A stretch of 64,000 nt of DNA from Eledone cirrhosa (lineage: Eukaryota), in NCBI GenBank assembly GCA_964016885.1, contig OZ024742.1, forward strand, positions 358,856,001 through 358,920,000. Direction: 5' to 3'. The notes beneath the pieces were generated by a model. It had not been told where the DNA came from, searched no databases, and saw only the letters and a program-made list of their open reading frames with translations. The translations under genes were made by a program, and so were the position numbers. Within the stretch, counting starts at the first letter, position 1. Each line of letters starts with the position of its first letter. Below are positions 29,021-43,085 of the stretch, piece by piece.

Positions 29021-29701
29021 CCGGCAGACTTGAAGAGCTTGGTGTAGAAGTCTTCGCAAACCTTTTCCACCTCACTCTTGTCGCTGACCGGTACTCCAGC
29101 TGTGTTTTTCAGGGTCGTCACCTCGGATCTGTACATTGTCATGTCCCTTTCGCATTTCTTGAGTCTCTTCTTTTCTTTTGCTGCCTTCGGGAGCTTCTCC
29201 ATCCGGTATGCCTCGAAGTCTCTCTTCAGTTGTTGACGTATCACTCTGCTGAGAAGGGAATATTCGAGGTGATCTTCAGGTGTCGTCTTCATATTCTTCC
29301 TCTTCTCAAGCAACTTCATAGTTTCCTCCGAGACTCTTCCCTTCCCCTCCCTCGGGCACACACCCTTAGCCATCCTCAAGCACTCCTTCAGTTTCCTTAT
29401 CAGTGAATCGTAGTCAGCGTCTATGCCGTCTCCTTGACGCCACTTTTCCTGCATGAAGGCTTCCTGCAGCTGCGCCTCGTTGAAGACCCGGACGCGTTCT
29501 CCCTTCGACGTCAAATGCAGCGCCTCCTTCTTCCTCGTCCGGTCGATGACGACCCTCGCCCTCACCAGACGATGATCACTGCCAGTGTTGAATGGCGCTA
29601 TGACGGAGGCCTCCTGTAGTATGCGTCGCTTGTCGACCAAGATGTAGTCAATCTCGTTTCGTTGCTCAGAATTCAGCGATACCCAGGTCCATCTCTTCTC
29701 C
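29018..29701 (-). mobile_element. RTE LINE fragment (endonuclease C-terminus and linker)
   Basis: WTWVSLNSEQRNEIDYIL and GSDHRLV motifs; open frame; (TA)n flanks. Confidence 0.9.
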
Positions 29702-29703
29702 AT

Positions 29704-30328
29704 ATATATACAATATGTTGAAAAGGTAACACACTAGAGAGAGATAGTGCGCCATCAATAAAACGGGGAAAAACCACCAGTGTATGGAATCTATAACCTA
29801 TGAAAGTCAGGGTAGACACACGATGATTAAAAAATATAAATTAAAGTGTATATACATACCTCTATAACTATATAACACACGTACAAATCCAAAGAGATCT
29901 TTTTCGCAAATAAGTTGTTGAGAGAAATGAAATAGCCCATGGTTCATCAGCGTGTGTAAGGCTATACATTTCAGACAACTCTAAGAGAATTTAAAGCGAC
30001 TGTCCAGCTACACGTGGGAGAGAGAAGTCACAGCGTGTTAAGAGCAGTGAACCAGTGGTGTCTGAGGGACGAGCTGCTAGAAAGGGCAGCCCAAAACCAC
30101 TCAGAGAGAGAGAGGAAAGACTGTTATAAGGAGCGAAATATCACGATAAATTAACGGAGCCATAGACTTGTTATAGAGGTACGTATATACACTTTAATTT
30201 ATATTTTTAATTACTGTGAGTCAACCCTGCCTTCCATGGATTATAGATTCCATACACTGGTGGTTTTCCCTGTTTTATTGATGGCACACTATCTCTCGCT
30301 AGTGTGTTACCTTTTCAACATATTGTAT
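29704..30328. mobile_element. fold-back relic with degenerate minus-strand hammerhead (29875-29957)
   Basis: Arms ~29705-29868 and ~30170-30327; reverse complement acacacg-CTGATGA...GAAA...GTA-cgtgtgt. Confidence 0.65.
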
Positions 30329-30540
30329 TTTAAAGAGATCAGGATTCCTTCTCCTTTGAGCACATTATTGACGGAGAATAGCGAGAGTCTATCTCTCACA
30401 GCATTTACCGGAAATAAGTAAGTAATTGACATAGTCACTACTTTAAAACTGATAGCGAATAGTCTTCTGAATGTGTTTTAATTAAACATAAGGTATATTG
30501 CCAAATATACTATATATACATTCATATATATATATATATA

Positions 30541-31363
30541 CGAGGTGTGTCAGAAAAGTTGCAGCACTGATGTCACAAAAGATTTATTTCAAACCCAAAC
30601 TCCACACTAAGTGATTTCTCCTTCAAAGCAATCCCCCTGGAGTGTGTAACTGTAATCTTAGCTCTCTGCAGCGATCAAACTTTTTTCTTCATAATTTTAT
30701 ATACATGTCCTCTGTTTCAGGTCGTCAAGCAATGAGCACAGAGCAACGAACAAACTTGAAGTTTCTGGTACGGTTGGGGAAAACTCCGCTGCAGCAAGTG
30801 TATGGAGATGAGACGATGTCACACTCACGTGTTTTTGAGTGGTGCAAGATGACCCCAGGAGCGGAAGGCCCTCAACAACCAGGACTGAGGTTAACGTTGA
30901 GCGCGTCAGGCAGATGGTGCATAGCGATCGGGACCGCGTCTGGAAAATTCTCACTGAAGATTTGGAGATGCGGAAAGTCTGCGCGAAGATGGTGCCAAAA
31001 CAGCTGAACGATGACCAGAAAGGGTCGACGCATGTAAGTGTGCCAGGACATCCTCGAGCATCTTGAAACCGAACCAGACTTGCTAGGGACAGTCATCACC
31101 GGTGATGAGTCATGGATCTTCGAGTACGACCCGGAGGGGACCCGTTTTGAAGACGTGGACGCCATCAAAAAGGCGGTGACGATGGAACTGCGGAGGATCC
31201 CGGAAGAATCCTTCCAGGAGTGCATGCAAGCGTGGCAGAAAAGGATGGAAAAGTGTATTAGACTCCAGGGAGATTACTTTGAAGGAAAAAACTCTTAGTG
31301 TGAAGTTTGGGTTTGAAATAAATCTTTTGTGACATCAGTCCTGGAACTTTTCTGACACACCGC

Positions 31364-31364
<1 letters not shown>
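30541..31364 (+). mobile_element. internally deleted mariner element
   Basis: ~70-bp TIRs; DDPRSGRP, KVCAKMVPK and VITGDESWIFEYDPE joined directly to GTRFEDV...GDYFE. Confidence 0.9.
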
Positions 31365-31424
<60 letters not shown>

Positions 31425-31771
31425 GCACACTCCACCTTTCCCTTCACAGCTCTGTATAAACACACACACAGACTCTTTTACTTACATATACACACACATA
31501 TCCTCTTAGCTTCGTGATCGACGTATAACACATACACACACGCGCATACGCCCGCGTACAAGTATATCTCTTTATATAAAACGTTGTTTTTTTCATTTCA
31601 GGTAGACGCGCTCCATTATGTACTTTTCTGAAAAAATAAATCATACACAAAACGCCACCACCAACAGTTTTCCAAGAGATGTCAACATGAATGGACCAGT
31701 TATCTTTATCTAAAAACATTTTTCCAATTCCACCCAGGCCATCCCTTCAATCTATCTTATTTCTCATTCTT

Positions 31772-31806
31772 TCTTCTGATGAAGGCAAGCGTCCGAAACG
31801 TTAAGA
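31772..31806 (+). ncRNA. minimal hammerhead motif (sibling at 35894-35929)
   Basis: tctt-CTGATGA-a ggca agc gtcc-GAAA-CG-TT-aaga; the sibling has a perfect stem II (ggac/gtcc) but core CTGGTGA, so the consensus is intact. Confidence 0.6.
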
Positions 31807-31876
31807 CCGTCTTCCTTAACCTAATATATTACTTCCATATATTGTACCGATTGTGTTGTTATTTCTGTTTACCTTT

Positions 31877-31995
<119 letters not shown>

Positions 31996-32214
31996 TAAAT
32001 AGTAGAAAGGAAAAGGATTCTTTCAGTAGAAAATTCAGTGATATATCAAAACATGTACTTACAATAGTGATAATAATAATGCTTTCTTTATTATAATAAT
32101 AATACAAATAAAATGAAAATAAAAAGAGGAAGAAAAATTAACATTCATATTATTTTATTATTATTATTATCACTATTTGTACAAATATGCAACTTAACAA
32201 TATTCTGTATATCC

Positions 32215-32252
32215 GCAATTGACAATGCATATAATACTGAAACCGGTATTGT
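32215..32252 (+). ncRNA. hammerhead motif, U3-A8 variant, inside inverted repeat ~31992-32345
   Basis: gcaa-TTGACAA-t gca tataa tac t-GAAA-CCGG-TA-ttgt, followed by AATAAA. Confidence 0.55.
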
Positions 32253-32811
32253 AAATAAATTAATGTTTTGATATCTCACTGAAAAAATCTCTTCAGCATT
32301 TCTTACTGAAAGAATCCTTTCCCTTTGTACTATTTGCTTATATATATATCATCTCGTGTGTTACTTTACTACATTCGATATATAATTGGAAATCAGTAAA
32401 ATCGAATCTCTGGCGGTTTGCAAGTAAATTCGGCTCACTTATATGAAGTAATGAGTTAGCAAAGCACTCGATAAGGCAGGTCTCAGAGTTATAACATACG
32501 TTTAAATAGCTTGACAAATCGAATATTGTGGTAGGCTAAACTAACATACAATATGTACCAAAGTGACGATAAAACTAATCAGGTTGAGAAAGATAGACCT
32601 GGACAAATCAGACGAGCGTTTGAAATGTTTCTCTGACTCCGAAATCAAATATCAGACTTACTTGAATGGCAAGGTCATGGTATTGGTGACTGAACAGAGG
32701 ACTCAGTTTATCAACAGGTTTTCGTTCTGCTTAGAATCAGGAGTGATGAAATATGTTGCTGCTCTTGTGGCTGATAATCGAATCTATAGTTATCACGTGT
32801 TAATATATATA

Positions 32812-33425
32812 TATATATATATATATTTACGGTAAACATTGTTGCAATTCGATTCACGCACTCAACGTACTTTTCCACATAGGAGTGACGGAGTATATTC
32901 AGAATAAGTAAATGCAAAGTAGTTTCAGATGTTAAAGTCCTTTAATGACAATCCTGTGATATATATTTCAATGACGACAGTGGCCACACGCTGCGGTGTA
33001 CCCAGTGCCGTGACATCATCAGACAGCTTCTTACATAATAAGGTTATGTTCCCGAGGTAATCCAAATTGAATCGACAAGGGAACGGACAAAGCAGGTTTT
33101 CTTGAATCCTTCGTACAAGGGAGCGGACGAAGGATTCAATAACACCTGCTTTGTCCGTTCCCTTGTCGATTCAATTTGGATTACCTCGGGAACATAACCT
33201 TATTATGTAAGAAGCTGCCTGATGATGTCACGGCACTGGGTACACCGAAGCGTGTGGCCACTGTCGTCATTGAAATATGTATCACAGGATTGTCATTAAA
33301 GGACTTTAACATCTGAAACTACTTTGCATTTACTTATTCTGAATATACTCCGTCACTCCTATGTGGAAAAGTACGTTGAGTGCGTGAATCGAATTGCAAC
33401 AATGTTTACCGTAAATATATATATA
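32812..33425. mobile_element. ~600-bp fold-back with a hammerhead in each arm (- 32954-33026; + 33215-33287)
   Basis: Arms of ~300 bp; ctgt-CTGATGA-long stem II-GAAA-TATATA-TC-acag. Confidence 0.8.
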
Positions 33426-33786
33426 GAGAGAGAGAGAGAAAAAGATGAAATCGAAAATGCAACTGGAGTCTTATTTAAAAAAAATATATATATATTTATT
33501 TGGTTTCTTTAGCGGTTTAGCAGTTCTTCTGCTTTTCAAAAGTAGAGTTGAGATGGAGGGTCTGTGGTTTTTCTCACATCAGATATGAGAAAAACCACAG
33601 ACCCTCCATCTCAACTCTACCTTTGAAAAGCAGAAGAACTGCGAAATCGGAAAAGGAACCAAATAAATATATATATATATTTTTAAATAAGACTCCAGTT
33701 GCATTTTCGATTTCATCTTTTTTTCTTTATACTTTCACTCGTGTAGGACACCTCGGTTATTTTTCATTTTGTAAAGAAAACCTCAC

Positions 33787-33910
<124 letters not shown>

Positions 33911-34450
33911 GAAAAAATAGTGTCTTCAACGTCACAGTAAAGCTAGCTCTTCAGGCAGTGTTAAGATAAAGTAGATTAGTCATTTATAAAGGTTGGATGT
34001 ACGAAGCTGTTGTTGGCTAATTGAATGATTGGTGCCAGGTAAAATTTGGAAAAAAATGCTATTGAATAGCAAAGATAAGGGAAAGGTTAACTTAAATATA
34101 ATAAACAGCAGAGGCAGAAAAATAGGAAGATTCGTAAGAGAGAGATAAATAATTGTAAATTAAAACTTACGCCTGTGAGAGTGAATGAAAAATGTGTTTT
34201 GAGAGACTTGCGATATTTGAAGTTGTTTTGATGGTGAAAAAAGTAATGAAAATATCGGGAAGCAAGATCTTTGAACATTTCAACATTTGTAGAAAAGAAA
34301 ATCCATTGATAGTTTGATAATTGCAATGTCAGCGGTATAAAGGTCAGCTATTTCAATATGAAATTTATATAGAAAAGTTTATTTAAAGTATTTATACAAA
34401 ACAAGATTTTGTTACCCTCGTTAAAAAACACAGATAATTATATTATTAAC

Positions 34451-35050
34451 GGCGGTGAATTGGCAGTATCGGTAGAGGGTCGGACACCAGGGCCGGGGAT
34501 TGGCAGTGTCGGTAGAGGGTCGGACACCAGGGCGGTGGATTGGCAGTATCGGTAAAGGGTCGGACACCAGGGCGGTGGATTGGCAGTATCGGTAAAGGGT
34601 CGGACACCAGGGCGGTGGATTGGCAGTATCGGTAGAGGGTCGGACACCAGGGCGGTGGATTGGCAGTATCGGTAAAGGGTCGGACACCAGGGCGGTGGAT
34701 TGGCAGTATCGGTAGAGGGTCGGACACCAGGGCGGTGGATTGGCAGTATCGGTAAAGGGTCGGACACCAGGGCGGTGGATTGGCAGTATCGGTAGAGGGT
34801 CGGACGCCAGGGCGGTGGATTGGCAGTATCGGTAGAGGGTCGGACACCAGGGCGGTGGATTGGCAGTATCGGTAGAGGGTCGGACGCCAGGGCGGTGGAT
34901 TGGCAGTGTCGGTAGAGGGTCGGACACCAGGGCGGTGGATTGGCAGTGTCGGTAGAGGGTCGGACACCAGGGCGGTGGATTGGCAGTGTCGGTAGAGGGT
35001 CGGACACCAGGGCGGTGGATTGGCAGTATCGGTAGAGGGTCGGACCCCAT
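34451..35050 (+). repeat. 15 x 40-bp minisatellite of the SINE tRNA head
   Basis: GGCGGTGGATTGGCAGTATCGGTAGAGGGTCGGACACCAG starts every 40 bp from 34451 to 35011; no spacers. Confidence 0.95.
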
Positions 35051-35165
35051 GCATTGCAGCATACAGTTAGGTCCTTTATGATCTGAGTTCACATCGCACC
35101 GAGGTTAACTTTACCTTTCATCCTTACGGGGTCGATAAAATAAAGTACCAGTAATGTAACAATTA
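35011..35165 (+). mobile_element. Nin-type SINE body ending the array
   Basis: The last unit continues into B box GAGTTCACATC and the core. Confidence 0.85.
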
Positions 35166-36063
35166 TTAATGTGGTTATGATGATAAATATATTTGCTATA
35201 TTATGGAGACTTATGTAAACATTTTTAATGGTAAGCAATACTTTATGACAAACTATAGTTTATGATAGATTATACATCATAATAAATTAGTGTTCGTAGA
35301 GTTGTGTAAATAGCTGTTATATACTGAGTGTTGAGCAATGCTTACACACGCACACACATATATACACAGATAACACACACAGACACACATACACCTACAG
35401 ACACACACATACAGACAAACACATGCACACACAGACACATACACAGATACACACACAGATACACACATACACACATACACAGACGCACACACATACACAC
35501 ACACACATACACAAACACTCATACAGACAAACACATGCAGACACAGACGCATACACAGATACACACACAGATACACACACATACACACATACACATATAC
35601 ACAGATACACACACATACACACACACCCATACACAAACAGACACAAACACACTCATACAGCCAAAAACATGCAAACACAGACATGCATTTATAACATGTA
35701 TATAGAAGCAAGCAGGAACAAAGTATCAAGGTTGTACCATATACAAACTTTATGCACATATAACAATTGCTTCTATACCAATCAGATCAAGTTGTAACGA
35801 TGTCAACATGAATGGACCTTTTATTTTTATCTAAAGACATATTTTCAAATTCCACCCCGTCCGTGCCTTCAATCTATCTTATTTCTCATTCTTTCTTCTG
35901 GTGAAGGACTAGCGTCCGAAACGTTAAGACTCTTTTCTCGCTATATCAAGCGTTAACCTAATATATTCCTTCCATATACTGTATCGATTGTGTTGTTATT
36001 TCTGTTTACCTTTTACATGCACACACACACGCACACACACACATATATATATATATATTTATA

Positions 36064-36485
36064 TGTAGGAGGTGAGTTTTATTGTAGTACAATAAAGCAA
36101 TGCAGATATCGGATAAGAAGCACTCTACAGTTTGTAGGACTGGAGTATACATAATATAAGATCAAAAGATGGTTAAAGGAGTTCCATGTATTTTATTATG
36201 CGCATTTCAAAAACAAACATCATCATGCAATAATATTTGTGTTTTCATCAGATAAAACAGGAGAACATGATATGAAGGCTAAAAAACACTTGTGGATAGT
36301 GCAGTTTTAAATCAACATATGTTGATTTAAAACTGCACTATCCACAAGTGTTTTTTAGCCTTCATATCATGTTCTCCTGTTTTATCTGATGAAAACACAA
36401 ATATTATTGCATGATGATGTTTGTTTTTGAAATGCGCATAATAAAATACATGGAACTCCTTTAACCATCTTTTGATCTTATATTA
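36064..36485. mobile_element. loopless fold-back PLE 3'-end with hammerheads (- 36189-36259; + 36378-36448)
   Basis: Centre ATCAACATATGTTGAT; near-identical to the 12649-13192 family. Confidence 0.85.
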
Positions 36486-36489
36486 TATA

Positions 36490-36582
<93 letters not shown>

Positions 36583-36585
<3 letters not shown>

Positions 36586-38142
36586 ACAATACTAACACCT
36601 CCACTCCACCCCTCATCTGACCACCCTTCCCCAACTAACATACTAACATCCCTTCCCTCCTCTCTTCTCCTCCTCCCCCTCCTTATCACACGCATACACC
36701 CACCGGCACATATATACATGCGCTCACACTAAACACACACCCTACTACCACCACTAACCCTCACCCCCACACCTCTCACCCCCACACATCCATCCCACCA
36801 CCCCGCAACTAACCTCACTAACACCCCCTAACCCCAAGCACACGAACACACGCACCCACTTACACCACCCACCCCACACGCAACTAACATCACTAACACC
36901 CCCAACCCCACGCACACGTACCCACACACCCTCGTACACCACCAACTCTACACACCCTACCACCACTAACCCCCACTCACACCTGCATTCAACCCCTCCC
37001 ACCTCTCGTATACTAACACCCACTAACACCTCTTCATCAAACTACACACACACCAGTACACCACAATCCCTCCATAGAACCACACACACCCTTCTCTCCC
37101 CGCTCCACCCACACCCTCGCTCCACACTCACTCATCCCACACACCCCTACTAATACACACACACACACACACACACCTCACTCCAACTTTCACACCTACC
37201 CATCCTCGCCCCCTTACCATTCCACCGACTGCTGCTATGCCCTCTGACCACCTCCCAGCACTAACAGACCACAGCACTCCCACTGCTGACCACTTCCTGT
37301 TACGCGCGCACCCCACATCTCTCCTCTTCCGACCACCGCTTCATGGATTACACACACGCAGAAATTGACATACAACCAATCCACTAAACATTCTTGGAAT
37401 TTACCAACTTTTCAACCATCCTCTTACGTAATCACCTATATAACTCACCCACACACACACACCCAAAACAATTTTTTTCTCCACACGCCACCCACACCCA
37501 CAACACGCTTAAAACCCACACACACGTGCTTTCCACCACATATTTACACCCTCAGCCTCCTGATTCCTCTCCCGCCACCCCCTATCAACACACGCACAGA
37601 CACTCCGACCCACAAAAACACCCCCCACACACACCTCTTCCTGAACATGCAACCCCGTTCTTCCCCCAACCCTTACTTTCACATACACACACACACACAC
37701 ACACACGCACACCTACACACACACACCACCGTCAGCCCTCCCCGCTCGGACACCCCGTCTCCCTCTCCCCACTCCACCCGCCACCACCCCTACTCACCCC
37801 ACACCCTTCCACCACCTGTTTACCCTCCTTTTAATTTCAGTTTATTTTGATCATGCCTTTATTTTAAAATTTTTCTCATTCCTTGTATTTTGATCATGCT
37901 TTATTTTTATTTTTATCTTTATTTGTTATTTTTTCATTCGCACCGTTTCCTTTCGCTATATGTCTCTCCACCCCCCCCCCCCCCCCTACACACCTTTTGA
38001 ACTCTGTTCCCACACACTTCTCACCTGAGGAAGGGCTTATGCCCGAAACGTCGTCCCCCACCTACACCCCACTCTCCTGAGCGTGAAATTAATAAACATT
38101 TATTGTACTGCCTCTCTGTTTTGTCCCTGTTCAAATTGTTCC

Positions 38143-38146
<4 letters not shown>
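36583..38146 (+). mobile_element. A/C-rich probable PLE 3' UTR ending in a minimal hammerhead (38023-38054)
   Basis: ac-CTGAGGA-a gggc ttat gccc-GAAA-CG-TC-gt, then AATAAA and (TA)n. Confidence 0.55.
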
Positions 38147-38198
<52 letters not shown>

Positions 38199-38309
38199 GC
38201 GTGTGTGTGTGTGTGTGGCGTGTGTGTGTGTGTGACTCCAGGGTTCAATCGGGGGTAATCACAGTAAAGTAAGGTACTCAATACATAAGTAGAAGCAATT
38301 TATATATTA

Positions 38310-38387
<78 letters not shown>

Positions 38388-38590
38388 AGAACTTGGAATA
38401 CCAGATCAAGTGGTCAGTTAAAAGACGTGTGGCACATCTCCCCAATGACAAAAACCACTGCAGATTATGCCTGGCCGAAGCGGCTGAGATCATTAAATTG
38501 AAATCAGCCATAAACTCAAGATCTGACATTATTATAAACTGCAGACATACCAGAATTACCAACTTCTCTGCACAAACAGAGGTCGAGGAC
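38388..38590 (+). mobile_element. PLE GIY-YIG C-terminal fragment
   Basis: YQIKWSV...CRLCLAE...INSRSDIIINCRH, parallel to the C-terminus at 55.8-56.0 kb. Confidence 0.75.
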
Positions 38591-39343
38591 CAAACACTAA
38601 CCCTGACCCAACATAGGGATAATCAACTTTGCTTTAACGCACCGTCCCTCATCCGAATACATTTGTCTTCTATAACATGTAACCCATGGTAAGATCATAT
38701 CTTGTAAATATCATGTTGCACCTTTCACCCCCACCAACATTACCAACAAACACATCGCCATACATCCCTAGTCTCAATACTATTGTGTTCTATGTGTCTT
38801 CTCTGTCAGGTATTAACTTGTTATACATCGTAAAATCCGATCCTGTAAATATGATGTTGAACAAATCATCCCCACCACACCACCACCAAACACATCGCCA
38901 TACTTACACCACCCCTCAGTCCAGTACCCCGTGTTCCCCGTTATCACAAACAACTACACGACACCCATAACACACACAAAAATCAGCCACATATACATGC
39001 CAAACTGTCTACCTACAGCCAGCACCCCCACACCACCGCACACTTCAACCTACGATCGACACCGCAACATTTTCACCACACCCACACCCACATACACTAC
39101 GGGGAAATACATCCCTATGAAGTAATGCACCAATCAAAACAAACTTTACTGACCACCATTGGAACTTCTGACTCTAGTATACATCATGTATTCATTCTTC
39201 CATTAACATCACAAGGGGTCTGACGAGTCGCGGATTACAGAGTCAGGTCAGATCGATACAGATCGAACCTTGAGCTGGTCAGTGGCGCGTCACTAACCAA
39301 TAAACGTAATGAAGGAGTAACCAATCGTCCTTGTTATCTTATT

Positions 39344-39384
<41 letters not shown>

Positions 39385-39393
<9 letters not shown>

Positions 39394-40451
39394 ATTATGA
39401 AGAGAGAAGAAACATTAGATATAATTAGTAATAAGATATATCATACCTAGCTGCTTCTATAGTCCCTGACTACGTAGTTTCGTGGCATATTATGCCAAAA
39501 CACTAGATCATAGAGATATAGAGTTTGTGTAAGGTTCTGCTGAACCTCACAAAAACTCTATATCTCTATGATCTAGTGTTTTGGCATAATATGCCACGAA
39601 ACTACGTAGTCGGGGACTATAGAAGCAGCTAGGTATGATATATCTTATTACTAATTATATCTAATGTTTCTTCTCTCTTCATAATGTACTATATAGCTCT
39701 GATAATGAATCAGTCTAATCCATTCGGATTGGTTTGTCCCAGTTATTCATAGAGCAACATCGGTTGAGGTTGGTACCACTAACTCATGGATATATGTGGA
39801 TATATTCATGTGTATGTATGTATCCGCATGTATCTGTGTGTTTCTCTCTATATATTGTTTATAACTCCCTTTGGTCGAGTAACCTTTGAAGTGTAGTGAC
39901 TGCTGGATAGCTACCATTACTCATACTTCTCGCCTCCTCAAACCACCTCTTCTACGGCTTTGATATAAATACCCACTCCGCCTCTGTGGTATTTTTTCAG
40001 GGTTATAAGGGGCTTAGCTCTATTTCTTGACCGCTGTATCACGTGATTGACTTTCCCTCCGCCTTTTCGAGATTCTATCTCGCGCATCACAGACGTGTTT
40101 TGAAACCCTTAATGAGGTATCCCCTTGATAAGTCGGCAGAACCTCACAAAAACTCTATATCTCTATGATCTAGTGTTTTGTCATAATATGCCACGAAACT
40201 ACGTAGTCGGGGACTATAGAAGCAGCTTAGGTATGATATATCTTATTACTAATTATATCTAATGTTTCTTCTCTCTTCATAATGTACTATATAGCTCTGA
40301 TACTGAATCAGTCTAATCCATTCGGATTGGTTTGTCCCAGTTATTCATAGAGCAACATCGGTTGAGGTTGGTACCACTAACTCAGGGATATGTGTGGATA
40401 TATTCATGTGTATGTATGTGTCCGCATGTATCTGTGTGTTTCTCTCTATAT

Positions 40452-40457
<6 letters not shown>
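39385..40457 (+). mobile_element. retrozyme-like non-coding element: 5' inversion plus ~1.5 tandem monomers (period 597 bp)
   Basis: 39542-39858 recurs at 40139-40456; 39385-39540 is the inverse of 39542-39696; (TA)n flanks. Confidence 0.75.
40120..40213 (+). ncRNA. hammerhead motif with U3-A8 core and long stem II
   Basis: tcccc-TTGATAA-gtcggca...tgccac-GAAA-CTACGTAG-TC-gggga. Confidence 0.75.
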
Positions 40458-40538
<81 letters not shown>

Positions 40539-40941
40539 AAAAAAATGGCGTGCTGCGTGGTTGCAAATGGGTTACATATGAATAAAATTAGTCCTTCATC
40601 AGTGATCTTCCAGCCTTCATTGGTATTTCATCGCTTTAAAGACCATATACCTCTGGTTGGTGCGAGCAACGGCTAAAGAAAGTCGCTGGGACACGTAAAT
40701 AGGAGGAACGAGCGAGACAGTACACAAACAAAGATGGTAATGCGACGAAAAGTGAGGAAGAAGGAGTCAAGTCCCTGGAATCGAGGAACATAAGTTCTGT
40801 GAAATTGTGGACGAGAGATCTATATATATAACAAAGGAAATGTGGTAAGGAACCAGATGGACCATAACGCACCAGAGTACTCAATAGTCCAGAAATAGCC
40901 GTCGAAACGGTTTGAGCTCTGCCGTCGTGGTCATACTTTTT

Positions 40942-41027
<86 letters not shown>

Positions 41028-41167
41028 TAGTGAAAGAGTGAAAAATAGCATGGTTTTTTGCTGTACAAAAAGGGTTTATTTACAAACAACGCCGTACGTT
41101 AAAACTATCCATAGTACAGTGTACTCAGAACCTCTAACTAGATTACCTAAAACGATAACTTGGTATC

Positions 41168-41230
<63 letters not shown>

Positions 41231-41250
41231 TATATATGTGTGTCTGTGTG

Positions 41251-42158
41251 TATTTACAAATAAAAGGAACGGCCATGAGCACCAAAGTGGCCCCAGCATA
41301 TACAACACTCGTTATGGGTCACCTAGAGGCAAAATTATATTCCCAACTGCAAGAAACATTCCCTTTAACATGGCAAGACGCATTTGAACCATGGTAACAC
41401 ACCCCACACTACAGGAAAAAGATTATATGAACTAAAGGAGTTCCTTAAAAGACAAGAATATCCAGTGACCCTCATCAATACGGCCATCTCCAAGGCCCAG
41501 AACATCCCAGTGACAACACTGAGAAAAACAAACCAACAAAATAAAATAGAAAAACAGTTATCCCTTTTGTCATCACTCACAATCCAAGGATTTTCAACAT
41601 TGTGAAAGCCGCTAAACTATATATCCCGATTCTCCAGCAGTCTCCTAAAATGAATGCACTCATAAAAGACTCACAAATAATATATAGTAGACGCCAAGCA
41701 CCCAACCTATAAAAAACTTCTTACCAAGGCAGAATATACGTCCTTTAATGAAACAATGCAAGTTAAGAAATGCGGGGACCCTCGATGCGGAACTTCTGAA
41801 CACATTGAAGAGGGTGGGCAAATCCCCTTTAAAAACCATGAGATTTTCAAAGTTAATGCAAATATGGATTGCAAAACAAAAAAACATAATTTACTGACCA
41901 ACCTGTCCACAATGTAAAGAATACTTCATTGGTGAAACTGGAACGGGTCTACATGACAGAGTTCGTCTACATAAACAACAAATTAGAGACCCCTCTGTCA
42001 GAAACACAACGTTTAGTGAACACTTTGCAACACGCGGAAAGAGAAAATTCACAATTTTGCACTTTTCTAAGATATGGTCGAACAACGAACATTTCCGGAA
42101 ATTTAAAGAAGAATTCTTCATTAGAAAGTACAAACCGCTACTGAACACAAAAGAATGA
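41251..42158 (+). mobile_element. internally deleted PLE (Neptune-like), RT motif plus GIY-YIG pseudogene
   Basis: [40 protein letters not shown]...RLHKQQIR, FIRKYKPLLN. Confidence 0.85.
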
Positions 42159-42899
42159 TATTCCATCTTCAAATAACGGGATTCTCCCCACTTTCTCTTT
42201 TCTTCAAAAAAATCGCATATTGAAAAAAGAAAAATCTCCAAATAGAAGTGCATGACACCCGCACCTTCGATCTACCAAATCATAATATTATAACATTAAA
42301 TCAAATTGTTTAGAACTACAAGTGGAGTGTGTGTGTGTGTGAGAGAGAGAGTGTGTGTGTGAGAGAAAAAGAGAATGAGTGTGTATGTGAGAGAAAAAGA
42401 GAATGTGTGTGTGTGGAAGAGAAAGTGTGTGTGTGTGTGTGCGTATGTGAGAGAGATAGAGAGTGTGTATGTGAGAGAGAGCGTGTGTGTGAGAGAGAGA
42501 GTGTATGTGTGTGTGTTGGAGAGGTTGCATCGAAAATTGTCTACTGCTTAATTGGGATGAAATGAGGTTTTTCCTTACATATTGTAATCTTATTCAAGCA
42601 GAATCAATGACCAGATAGAATATAGTTAAAATTAATAAATGGTTTAATGAATATACTGACTTTATAAGGAAAAGATAATAAAGAAATATTCAATTAGAGA
42701 CTGATTTCATGATAGCTTATGAAACATCATATAGTTAAGCAAAGCATATTATCACTGTATGTGTTAGAAGTATTGAAAATTCAATATTCTATTAAAGAAA
42801 ATAGAAAGAGCAACAGTGAAGAAATATCAGGTCATTAAGTATGAACTGTCCGATTTCGAATTAAAAATAAATGCGTGAGAAAACGGTCATTTAATACAT

Positions 42900-43085
42900 A
42901 ATTGTTTCTACTTTTGGCACAAGGCCAGCAATTACCCAGTGCATTACTGGTACTTTATTCTATCGACCCCGTAAGGATGAAAGGCAAAGTCAACCTCGGC
43001 GGGATTTGAACTCAGATCGTAAAGGGACGTAACTATGCTGGAAAGCATGGCGTCCGACCCTCTACCGATACTGCCAATCCACCGG
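42900..43085 (-). mobile_element. full-length Nin-type SINE with target-site duplication
   Basis: CGGTCATTTAATACATAAT occurs on both sides (~42884 and ~43083). Confidence 0.9.

Noticed and set aside
34421-35092. CRISPR array or repeat-protein ORFs
   Set aside because: No spacers, no cas genes, eukaryotic context; the ORFs come from a stop-free 40-bp repeat.
40575-40940. Further hammerheads (minus-strand CTGATGA at ~40600 and ~60200; GAAACGG...CCGTC at ~40905)
   Set aside because: A complete core with all three stems could not be assembled; at most decayed relics.
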